Source: Azolla caroliniana
Taxonomy: Eukaryota; Plantae; Polypodiophyta
Reading direction: 5' to 3'
DNA length: 64,000 nucleotides
Assembly: GCA_043228905.1 (NCBI GenBank)
Contig: JBHGNT010000022.1
Coordinates: 7,254,001-7,318,000, forward strand
Positions 23,144-35,200 of the stretch are shown piece after piece; within the stretch, counting starts at the first letter, position 1, and each line of letters starts with the position of its first letter. The position numbers and the translations under genes were made by a program. The notes beneath the pieces are model-generated. The model saw only the letters and a list, made by a program, of their open reading frames with translations, ran no database searches and was not told where the DNA came from.

Positions 23144-26100
23144 TGTCATAGTGTAATTCGCACACTACATGAAAAATTACATTTTTGGTTTCTCCGAATA
23201 GGATATGGAGTACCCGGTAAGAACCGGATAAAGAAAACCAACGAGAACCGGATGAAGCAGAACTGGCTAGAGCCGGATGAAGAAGGCCGGTGAGAGTCTC
23301 TCACCAGATGAAGAGACATATTTGTAATTAGGAGAAAGTATAAAATTATATATTACATGCATAGGGCAAGATTCGAACCTTGCACCTCCATGTTAATAAT
23401 GTTAAGCCTTATCATTATACTACTGTATTATGAATTTTAAAGTTATACTAAACTTTATCCCATGTAAATATTCTAGACATGCATGGTCCAAAAAGTTATT
23501 CATGCATAGACACTCGAGTTAAAAGAAAAGATGACATAGAAAGCTAATCATGCACATGCAATGTGCATGAAAACTAAAGATAGGAAAAGCATGATGCTTG
23601 CATGTGATAAACGTAGACTCTTCCAAGACTATATAAGGAAGAGACAAAGATGTATAGAGGTTTTTGATTATTTTACAAGCGTGGATTAATATAATATAAT
23701 CGTGGGATTCACGAGTTTTTCATATCTTTCTTTCTTACAATTTCTTTCATATTCTTAATTGCCTTAGAATTTTCTTTCCTCCTAGTCCAAAACCCCAGCG
23801 GTTCCCACCCGATTCACGCAACGATCCGGAGCCTTAAGGCGCGACACAAGTGGTGAACCCGACGTGAAAACGGGTGGCAAGGAGATGGAAAATCAACCGG
23901 AGGCTAACAACATGATGATGATGTTCGAGCGGATGCTTCAAGAACAACGTCCGATGTCGGAGATAGCGGCGGCAGTAGAGCGGCTCGTGCAACGGGAAGG
24001 ACGTATCGCGCTATCTTTGGGACTACAAGGCAGAAATGATACGATGCGGGATTTCGGAAGGACTGGAAGTGACATCCTTCAACCGGGTAGCTATCGACGG
24101 GTTTCAAGCAAGTGTCCACGTGCTATGACAACAAAATCCGACGTGGGAAGCATTTGAAGAGGCGCTAAAGACCACGTTCGCTATCGAGGACTCCTCCAAG
24201 GAATTGCAGAGAGGATTCGAGGATTGGGTAGAAACGCCGAACAAGGGGGTGAAGGTCCTCGATGTGTTTTTGGCATTCGAAAGTCAGTTCGACAGGTTGT
24301 CTACGAGAGATCAAGCTATCCTCGCATCGGACAAAGTTATCATATTCTTCCGAGCCGTAGACGTCCGGGACCGGAAGGATCTTGGAGTGCTTCTAGAGGA
24401 CACCGAGAGTGGCCTCACCGAAACATGGGAAAGCGTGCAGGATATTGTCGCGCGATACACAAAGAGGGGGCAATGGCTTGCCAACGAAGAAAAGAGAGTT
24501 TCGGAACCGATTCCGAAACCTAAATCCGGATTGGAAGACCATCAACCGCGGGCTCAGGAAGCTACGACTGAGAAGGGAATCGAGGCAACTACGGTGGAGC
24601 AATTACTGAAGGAGATGGAGAATCTAAAAATCTCAATGGTGAAGAAGTCAGATGACCGTCCCACAAGTTCCAAGTATATGGACCGTCGATGCATATGGTA
24701 TGATAGCACCGAACATGATCGGAGGGATTGCGACGAGCACAAGGAAGCGCTACGACAGGATCTTATCTACTACGAGGGAAATCAGATTCATTCGATGGAC
24801 TCTTGGAAGCCGCTCCGACCGAACTTCCAAAAAGGCGGCATGAAGAAGGTCCTAGAGGAGGAAATAGCGGCGAAGAGCAATTACGCGACAACCGCGGGAA
24901 TACGTGTCGGGGAGTCATCGGGAGCAAAGGTGTCTTTTTGGCCGGAAGTGCTAGAAAACACCAAGAAAACCGACTCTAACGAGATCCGAAGCACCACGGA
25001 AGGCATCCAGGAAGCTATGGGATGGGAGTGCCCTGTCGATAAGAATAGCGTATACGCCCTATGTCAATTACGTGAGGTATATGTGGATGAGAAGCGGCGA
25101 CGCACGGAGGATTCGGCTGGACCATCGAAGACACCGGAGAGCTGGAACTCCAACGGAAGAGGGAAAGGAAAAACGATTCTAGCATTCAAGCTTGCCTCGG
25201 ACATTGAACAACAAATGGACTTGAAAATGGTGTTCGAGGAGAGAATCCTTGACAGCCAGGTAGATTTTTCGCTTCGGGAACTACTCGGAATAGCAAAAAA
25301 AGAGTTCCATGATCTTCTTATGAATCTCGTAAAAAGAAAAAGACAAAGTACGGAGGAAAATACGCCGATGGTGAATGCAAATACCGTTCTGATGAACGAC
25401 ACCGAAGTGGAGGACGAGATTCCAAATTCCCACTATATAAAGCCATATTGGGCGCGTGCAACTACGGAGACTCTGGTCCGAATCGGCAACATCAAAGAGC
25501 CTGTGCTAGCATTGATTGATCACGGATTGGAGATCAATTTAATGTCCAAAGAGTTCTACCGGAAGAGGAAGTGGCCTATTAACACCAATCATGGATGGAA
25601 GATCCGGGCTGCTACTAAAGCAACGGAAGATCTATTTGCGGCTTGTCCGAATGTGACAGTGAAGATCGGGGATGTCGAGATCGACCAAAATTTCTTCGTA
25701 CAAGATGAGGTCTCACACTCCGTGATCCTTGGGCAACCCTTTATCACGGCATCACGGATGGAGATGAAGGTGCTCGATAGCGGTGCGGCTTTTGCACGAA
25801 TTCAGAGCCAAAACGGAGGGAAATCCATCCAATTCCGCACTATGCACATATAGCGGACCCACTCTATCACTTGTTGCGGAAGGGTAAGAAGTTTGAATGG
25901 AAACCGGAGCATACCAAAGCCGTGAAGAAGCTCAAGAAATCACTACGGAGGGCAGAAGGACTAAAGAAGCCGAACTATGACCAACCGATCATAGTAACGG
26001 TTGACACAAGTCCAACCGGAATCGGATGGGTCATCAATCAAGCCGATCCGGAAGGTTCGCGATATCCGATCCGATTCGAAGCAAAGGTTCTCAACGAAAG

Positions 26101-28404
26101 GAAGCGTGGATATACACAAGTTAAAAGAGAATTATGGGGAGTCGTGTCGGCGATCAAATCGGAGCCGAAGTAGTTATCGAAACGGATTGTCTTCCGATAC
26201 TCGGGATGATGCGGTGTTGCACGATACCGAATGTGGCTATGCTAAGATGGATTGCATATGTTTAGTCGCTTAATCCAGAGGTACGACACATCTCCGGAAA
26301 AGACAATGGATATGTTATCAAGGGCGCGGTTCGGAGATAACATAACCAAATCCGATAATGAAGAAGTTTCTGAAGACTACTTTGCTTCGGAGCACATATG
26401 CCGGGTAAACGTAATCCGAGAATTCCGGGAAGAAGAATACGAGGGAGAAAGCTTGCTGATTGGGAAAGTGCTACAAGAAATCGAGTAATCATCAGACAAT
26501 AAAGAGAAGAGAGCCGAGATCCGAAGTAAGAAGCGGCAAGTCCGAAAGTTCTTCTTGAAAAGTGGATCTACTCCGGAGTTCGACACCAAGATGAGTTACA
26601 TCCGACATTCTCACCAACAATCAACTTCAAATGGATGGTTGATATTGTAGCCATGCCAACCGGGATCGGACAAAAGAAGTACTTGGTATTAGCTCGGGAA
26701 GATCTCACAAACCAAGTAGAAGGTCGGGCGCTATGGAGGAAAACGTGTTCTACGGTATGCCAATTCCTTTTGGAAGAAGTGTTTTGCAGGTACGGATGCG
26801 TAGGACAAGTGATTGCAGATCGGGGAGAACTCGACTCTGATAAAGCTAAGGAATTCTTCACTAAACATAGAGTTCGGTTAACACTGACAACGGCATACAA
26901 TCCGGAAGCCAACGGGAATATCGAACGAGGACATAGTCCGATTGTCAAAGCACTTGCGAAGGCATGCGATGGAAGGGTGAAGGATTGGCCGCAGATGCTT
27001 CCGTATGCACTATGGGCGGATCAGACGACGCATAGCTCTGTAACCGATTACATGCCGGCAGAACTCATGACCGGACAAGCACCGGTAATGCCAACGGAAA
27101 CCGCAATTGCGACATAGACAATGCTACCATGGAAGAAAGAGATGAGCCGGGAAGAATTACTAGCGGTCCGGATACGACAACTAGAGGGAAGACCGGAAGA
27201 TATAGCTGAAGCAATACGCCGACAACAAGAAGCGCGATTCCGGAATAAGAGCCGGTTCGACACAAAGCACCGACTACGACCGCAGAAGATTGAAGAAGGA
27301 GATTGGGTGATTGTCTACGACGGTAGTTTGAATCATCAACATACAACGATGCGGAAGTTCGCGAGAAGGTGGTTCGGGCCATACGAGGTTCGGAAAGTTT
27401 TCGACAATGGAACTTACCCATGATGCGAGTTGGATGGAACAATGCTACGAGTGCCTATAGCCGGGAAACGGGTGAAGATTTTCAAGAAGAGGACTGAATA
27501 AGAACCCTACGTGATCCTAGACAAGACCGACAAGAAGGAGCAATCGGACGAAGATCGCGGTGATGCGGAAAGCGAGGAAAGTGGATTACAACTCATAGTC
27601 GACTTAAGGGGAGAATTGGAGGAAGCTTTGGATGAAGGTGAATAGCAGGCATCGGGGACTTCGGCACATACCGGAGGATGTGCGGGTTTGGAGGGGGCGA
27701 GTGTCGTAGTGTAATTCGCACACTACGTGAAAAATTACATTTTTAATTTCTCCGGATAGAATATGGAGTACCTGGTAAGAACCGGATAAAGAAAACCGGC
27801 GAGAACCGGATGAAGCAGAACCGGCAAGAGCCGGATGAAGAAGGCCGGTGAGAGTCTCTCACCAGATGAAGAGACATATTTGTAATTAGGAGAAAGTATA
27901 AAATTATATATTACATGCATAGGGCAAGATTCGAACCTTGCACCTCCATGTTAATAATGTTAAGCCTTATCATTATACTACTGTATTATGAATTTTAAAG
28001 TTATACTAAACTTTATCCCATGTAAATATTCTAGACATGCATGATACAAAAAGTTATTCATGCATAGACACTCGAGTTAAAAGAAAAGATGAGATAGAAA
28101 GCTAATCATGCACATGCAATGTGCATGAAAACTAAAGATAGGAAAAGCATGATGCTTGCATGTGATAAACGTAGACTCTTCCAAGACTATATAAGGAAGA
28201 GAGAAAGATGTATAGAGGTTGTTGATTATTTTACAAGGGTGGATTAATATAATATAATTGTGGGATTCACGAGTTTTTCATATCTTTCTTTCTTACAATT
28301 TCTTTCATATTCTTAATTGCCTTAGAATTTTCTTTCCTCCTAGTCCAAAACCCCAGCGGTTCCCACCCGACTCACGCAACGATCCGGAGCCGTAAGGCGC
28401 GACA
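23144..28404 (+). mobile_element. Element B: Ty3/gypsy, tRNA-Trp-primed, RT core deleted
   Basis: 703-bp LTRs 23144-23846 and 27702-28404, TSD ACGT, PBS 23851-23867, PPT 27690-27701. Confidence 0.92.
23885..27600 (+). pseudogene. gag-pol of B (Gag, protease, RNase H, integrase)
   Basis: Knuckle CIWYDSTEHDRRDC and protease LIDHGLEIN. At about 25840 the sequence jumps to the RT connection and RNase H (VDTSPTGIG), followed by integrase (ADRG..AYNPEANG..ERGH). Confidence 0.85.
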
Positions 28405-28472
28405 ACGTGCATGCCATTTGGCAGTGATCTGTTGTGTCTAGTGCTCTATAATTCTTGAATAATAATAATATG

Positions 28473-29716
28473 TGGCATCTCAACTTTAGTGCAGTAGTGA
28501 CCGATAAAGCCTAACCCATACTAATTACTATTCGCCATAATGGAGCTAAGGTCAACTCTGCAAAGTCTTTCACCATCTTTTCTATTTGTGGATCTTTATA
28601 TGGCACATCATCATCTGTGGACCTTGTTATTCGAAATCCATATGGTATGTCCGCGACGAGCAATGTATAATGCCTCTTGGGTAATATCTCAAGCATATTA
28701 CCCACATCACCATTATATACACTATAATACAATTTTCGAAAAGGATCAGCTGTGTAAAAATCTTTTTACTATGTCTGAGTCTAGGGGCACCTCTAGTTCC
28801 TTTCCTTTCATCATTCGCTTTTCGTATTTTGCTCGTTCCAAATGGGTGATGAATGCACTTGGAATGCCTTCATTACTATCACCCAATTTTTTGGAGTGAG
28901 GTGGTTTTTGCAATTATAAGATATATAAGAAAATACGCATTATCCTAATATCAACTATAGAAGATATTAAACACACATACCCATTCTCTAAACACAATGA
29001 AAATTTCTTCAAGAACCTTGTACGATGATATTTTTGGGCAAGATTGCTCCACTTCTTCCCATGTAGGCAAGGACAACTTTTTCATCATCAACTCTTGTAT
29101 CTTCATATAAACCTTATGGCTTAAAAACATTACACATAAAGGTTACAATAAAGAGAAAATTAACAATGCAATCCAATAAAAAACAATCATCACATAGATT
29201 ACTCACTTTTGCAACTCTATGACCATTTCATCCAAGCTAAACTCCTTGGCAAGCCACTCTTGATAATACGGATATTAATAATCTGTCATCTTTTATCCGT
29301 TGCAATAACCGCTAAGGAAGGAGCTTCATGTCCTCGGCTAGTTCCTCTATAGCCAAATCACTTTTACATGACTTAGACTTCATCTCCACTTGAGAGTCTA
29401 ACTTAGGCTTCTTTGATCGTTGACCCTTTATTTCTTTTCACTCCCACAGACTAAATATTCGATCTTGGAGGTCCCACACCTCCCCGATTCTGAAAGCAAG
29501 TTGAAACCATGAGTCATACTTTTGATCTTGGAGGATTCCCAAGGCAATCTGGCCACCTAGAGGAATTACTTCGAGTTGTGTATCTTCCTTCTCATCTTCG
29601 ACTAATTCGAGTACTTTAGGCTCGTCCTCCTCAGGTTGCTGCCTTTTCTTATACTTCTTGTGTTCTAATTTTTCTTTTCGGGCAGTCTTCAGTGGGGCGC
29701 TTGCTTGCATGACCAT
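28473..29716 (-). pseudogene. Spliced gene relic ending in a beta-class N4C/N6A DNA amino-methyltransferase N-terminal half
   Basis: VYNGDVGNMLEILPKRHYTLLVADIPYGF, with DIPY at 28640-28651. Introns at about 28914-28980 and 29120-29206 have GT donors. Contains stops and frameshifts and is truncated by the LTR at 28470. Confidence 0.55.
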
Positions 29717-29915
29717 GAGTTCTCTTTAATGTACGGGCACAAAGCGACAATTAAGTTGTTCTTGGTTTGAACATCTTTTTTCAAGGCTTTGGGGTGGCAG
29801 GAGTCTATTATAAAACCGCCTTCATCAATCCGGACTCTACGCAACCTCACTGAGCTATCAACATCGAACAACAAGTTCGATGAGTCATTGTCCTCATATT
29901 CAACGTTCTTTATTT

Positions 29916-30000
29916 TCCCGTAGGTGAAGGTCTTTCTCAGTTGAAGCTTTCCTTCACCTACGGGATTTTCTCCTCATACTTGCAAGTATGAGGAGAAAAT
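29916..30000. repeat. Perfect 36-bp palindrome (29965-30000) plus an adjacent 15-bp inverted repeat (29916-29930/29951-29965)
   Basis: ATTTTCTCCTCATACTTG|CAAGTATGAGGAGAAAAT and TCCCGTAGGTGAAGG/CCTTCACCTACGGGA. Confidence 0.9.
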
Positions 30001-30219
30001 TCCCTTCTTCCTCGTAATATATCAACGTCCATTCCACATGGGGGTAGCTCTTGAAGTGAGGCTCCCTAGTCTTTTCGGGTAATGTCCTCATTGTATTTTT
30101 GCCTGAAGACTTGGAGGTCCCGTCACCTGCCGACTCCATCAAAGTTTTTCGAGATTCTTGCTTATTCACTTTGTCGGCAGGCTTTTTGGTTTGGGAGGGA
30201 ATCTTCAGTTTAAAAGATG

Positions 30220-32229
30220 TGTAAAAGAATACGTGTGCGGAAGCGTATGCGTAAGACATTGAGTACACGGTTCAAAATTGCGATAGTTCGATAAAACACA
30301 GAAATCATAGAGAAGGAGAGAGAGAGAGAGAGAGAGAAAACAAAACTATATTAAAAAATAATTCTCTGTATATTCTCTACGTGTATTTACTTGATGCTCA
30401 GTGAGCACCTTTTATACATGCCCTGACTATCAGGCTTACACAAGTACTTACAGTACCTGATTGCTCATAAATGAGCATCCTACTACACATACGAGGAATA
30501 AGATTCTAACGGTCTCTCAGTTTACATACCGCTACAACCATATTTTGCGCACGGGTTTACGCACCCAATCTACGCACTGGGTTACGCACCCGTTTATGCT
30601 CCCAATGTTGAGCTTGTCTCTCAATACTCCCCCTCAAGCTCAACTTGAGATTCCATATGCTTTTCCAGATCTTTGCTCCAGCTTCTCTTGGCTTCACGCC
30701 TCGCTCGCACTCCTCGACCCGTTCAATTTTGTGCTCTTCGACCCTTTCGGTTGGCTTGTCTGCTCATGCGGCCTTTCTCTGGTCCCTTGTTGTTGCGGTG
30801 TTGGCACCTCTTTCGCTACCCTTTTCTCCGCTTGGCCCTCAGTTGATTCGGTGTATCCAAATTGAACATTTCCGATTCATTCCCGCTTTCACTCGAATTG
30901 GTTGTCTCCAATTCTTCTTCTGTCTTCAGGCCCTTAACTACGTCCGACCATGTCTTAGTCTTGGCCTTTACGCCTTTCTTGGCTTTGTTTCCCCTTTGCT
31001 CAGCTGTATTCGGCTCTTCCTTGCAATTACAGCCCCTATTTTCTTCTTCAGCTTCTTCAGCCAACCCAAAATCAAATTCTTCATCCGATTTGGCATCGCG
31101 GTTACTACCGCTCCTTCCACGCTCTTGTTACTGTTCCTGTCTCCCCCTCAAGTTCGGCATGTCGAGGTGCCGCAAACCTAGCTCAACCTAGAAATGTCGT
31201 AACTTGTCAAGACTAAGGGGCTTGGTGAAGATGTCGTCAATCTGTCGACCCGTCAGAACATACGCCAATTCAACTTCACCAGAAAGGACACGCTCGCAGA
31301 CAAAAGCGTAGTGCACCTCAATGTGCTTGCTCTGAGCGTGGAATACAGGGTTTTTCATGAGGTGGATGCTGCTTAGGTTGTCACAATAGATCGTCATTAG
31401 GTCGGACACCTCTATGTGTAGATTCCGTAATAGTCATTTCAGCCAACTGACTTCGCACGTAGCGATAGTCGCCCCTCGATATTCAGCCTCGGTGCTTGAC
31501 ACTACTACTGTCGGCTTCTTCTTACTACTCTACGCGATCGTCGCACTTCCCAATGAGAATGCGTATCCAGATGGGGATCTACGATCGTGGGCATTTCCAA
31601 CCCAATCAGCATCCATGTAGTCAACTAACTGCTCGGCTACATCTGCACGATGCAACAATGCCATGTCTTTTGTGTTGCTGACATATCATAATATCCTTTG
31701 CACACATTGAAGGTGTTCGGTCGTGGGTTGCGACATAACTTAACTTATCATTCCAACCGAATAGCTGAGGTCCGGCCGAGTGATCGTCAAGTAGAGCAGG
31801 CTTCCAACAATCTATCAAAACTGTGTCGAGTCGCACGCCTTTCCTGAATCTCAGCGAAGCTTTACGTTTCTATCCAAAGGGGTCGAGATGGGCTTACAAT
31901 CTACCATCCTGAATTTAAAGAGAATATTCAGTGCGTAATGACGTTCACTGATCAATATGCCTTTGGGGGAACGGATCACTTTGATCCCGAGGAAGTAATG
32001 AAGGTTGCCAAGATCCTTCATTTCGAACGATGCCGCATGCTGAGATATTACGCAACCGATTTCTTCCAAGTCAGCACCGGCGATGAATAAATCATCAACA
32101 TAAAGTAAAAGACAAACTTGTCCATGTCGATCTTGCCGAACGAACAATGACGTTGTAAACCCCATTCTACGCAACCATTGCGTAATCTTCACGTTCCAAG
32201 CTCGTGGGGCTTGCTTAAGGCCGTATAAC
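30220..32229 (-). mobile_element. Element M: 3' part of a copia (RT, RNase H, extension, PPT, 3' LTR ~30220-30626)
   Basis: LLYVDD, CDNLSSI..KHIEVHY and DIFTKPL. PPT TTGAGGGGGAG at about 30627-30638, with a second copy at 31141-31152. Confidence 0.8.
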
Positions 32230-35200
32230 CTGGAAATTGTGCAAGGGAAACCTTATTGTGGCTTGCACCCGGAAGCAAAGTACACTATATGTAATGCATG
32301 CTCGGTTGAGTCAGAATGAGGTACATGTGTTAGGATCGTGACCAGCCACAACTGGTTTCACTCTCGAATATTCGGGTGCAAAGAATCAACAATGACATAG
32401 ACAAAAAACCGGAAACGAGAAGGTATTGAGACACAAGATATTTAACGTGGAAAACTCGAAAGGGAAAAACCATGGGGGTTCACAAACCCCAAGAAAACAG
32501 AATCACTACAATCAAGAGAGGAATACAAGGAGACTCAAAGGCAACAACCTCGAGCTCGGCTTCGTCTAGAAGACGGCGGCAGAGTTACTCACACTCTTAC
32601 ACACACTCTCTCTCTCCTATTAGCTAGAGAGGCAACCACTTTCTGTAACTATCTAACAACCAATAATAATACAACTCTCTATAAAAGGTTTTCCCTAGTT
32701 GTATATATACTTATACAACTTTTTGGCTATTTACAGGTATAGCCCACATGGGGCACATTTAGACTATTCACAACTATAGTCTCCCTCCCGAATCAGTTGT
32801 GAAATCGATTTTCTATTTCGGTTCTCGATTTCGGTTTCGGCCTTGGCCTATCGGCCTCAGCCAAATTACCCACGTGTCTTCGATTTAGTTCGTTGACTTC
32901 TTCCCATCCGGAGGGACATGTTTTACCAACAAACTCCCCCTTCACTCTAGCTTGGGGTACTTCACCAATCCGACCCTCTCTCGACACTCGTTCAACTTTT
33001 CTACTGACAGAACTTTCGTCAGCATGTCGGATCCATTTTCGGTCGTGTGAATCTTCATCAGAGAAAACTCATTTTCTTCTACTCGCTCTCGGAGCCAATG
33101 GTATCTTCTTTGGATGTGCTTGGTCCTCGAGTGGTAGGCGGCATTCTTCGCAAGGTGGATGGCACTCTAGTTATCACAATGGAGTTGGAATTCCTCTTAT
33201 CGAATTCCCAACTCTCTGATAAATTCCTGCATTACATCAAGTTCCTGTTGAAAGAGGGTGGCTTTCAACATTAGATAAATTCCCATGTACTCGACTCTCG
33301 CTGTCCGACAATCAGCATGTCATCCACATACAATAGGAGGATGAGAAAATCTCCTCCATCATACTTCTTGACAAAGACGCAATGATCAGCCTGTGTCTTG
33401 CCGAAACCGTGATCCACCATCAAAGATTCAACTTTTGGTACCATTGCCAAGGTGCTTGATTCAGCCCGTACAGGCTCTTTCTCAATCGGCATACCAAATT
33501 TTCTTTACCTTTTTCTTCAAATCCTTCCGGCTGGTGCATGTATATCTCTTCCTCCAAATCTCCATGAAGGAAGGCAGTCTTTACACCTAGTTGCTCGACT
33601 TCAAGATCCATGCTAACCGCGATGCTCAACATTGTTTGGATTGACGTCATCTTCACAACCGGGGCAAATATTTCATCGAAATCGATACCCTTCTTCTGCT
33701 AAAAACCTTTCACGGAAATTCGTGCTTTGTACCTAGGTGGATTTCCGCTTTCTCCCGTCATGAATTTGTATACCCACTTGTTCCATAGTGCCTTCTTTCC
33801 TTTTGTTTGTTCAGTCAATTCATATGTGTGGTTCTCATGCAAGTAATCCATCTCCTCTTGCATTGCACTTAACCACTTTCGGTCGTCGGTGGCTCTCTTT
33901 GCTTCTTTGGCTCCCCCTCATCGGTTAACAATACACGTTCTTCATTAGGAAATCTCCAAGGGGGCCTTCTCTCTCTAAGGGGGTATCTTCGGCCTCTATT
34001 CGGCATGGTTGGTTCTTCTTCGACTTCTTCAGCCGAATCAAATTCGTTTTCTCGTTCGGCCGGTTCCCCTTGTTCTTTAGTTGGTTCTCGATTTTGCCGA
34101 GTATTGAATCGACCGTCTAGCTCAGATTCGATCTCGATCGAATCGACTTCTACTCAATTCAGTCGAGCATTGACTCGGCTTGATTCAGTAGTTGGAGACT
34201 TATTCTCAATCTCTCAATCCACAATCTTCTTCTCTTCCATGAAGATAATGTCTTGGCTACTAATCACCTTCTTCTCAACATAGCTGACTTCGTTGTCGCC
34301 ATAGCTGAGAAATATACATGGCCAAGATTTCGGGTCCAAGTTCCCTCTCTGGTCCTTTGCTACATGCACATATGCAAGATAGCCGAACACCCTCATGTGT
34401 CAGTACGAAACGTCTTTGCTGCTCCACACCCGTTGTGGAATATCATCGTCCAAGGGTACTGAGGGTGATCGGTTTATCACATACATTGCTCAGAACATCT
34501 TCGGTAACTTTGCATGTGCAAGCATAAACTTCGGACCCTCTCCATTACGGTCCGGTTCATCCTCTCGGCCAACCCATTAAGCTCTAGTGTCTTCAGCATA
34601 GTATACTCGAGCCAGATTCCCTGCGCTCGGCAAAATTCTTCGAATGGTCTGCGGTACTCTCCGCCATTGTCCGCTCGGACTGCCTTGAGTTTTCAGTTGG
34701 TTTCCCTCTCGGCCCTCACTTGGAGCTCTTTGAATATGGTTAACATCTGGCCCTTCATCTTCAACACAGAAGCCCACAACTTCCGGCTACAATCGTCTAT
34801 GAAGGTCATGAAATACTATGAACCGGCATGCATCTTTGTATCCACGTAGCATACATCCGTATGCACGAGTTCCAGCAACATTTTCTTCCTCATTAGGGGT
34901 CTCGATCGCAAAGAGGTTATGTTCTGTTTGCCAGCTAGGCAATCGACACACTTATCCAGACGTGATTTCTTCATCTCTAGTAGGAGGTCTTTCAGCTAGC
35001 ATCAACATTCCCTTCTAGGTCATCTGGCACAACCTCTTATGCCACAACTCACCAGTGTATCAGCTACCACGTTTACCTCGTTTCGGGATAAACTATAGAA
35101 AAACGAATCGTCAATCCACAAGAAAAGGGAATATGCTGAAATACACAGTTAGGAAACTCAAGAAAACAGTCCGCACAGATTTTACGTGGAAACCCTAAAA

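Larger units (their letters stand above)
22895..28470. mobile_element. Short LTR-like remnant (22895-23143 plus 28409-28470) split by element B
   Basis: The sequence is continuous across B's ACGT TSD. Termini are TA..TA, probably decayed TG..CA, and there is no TSD. Confidence 0.4.
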
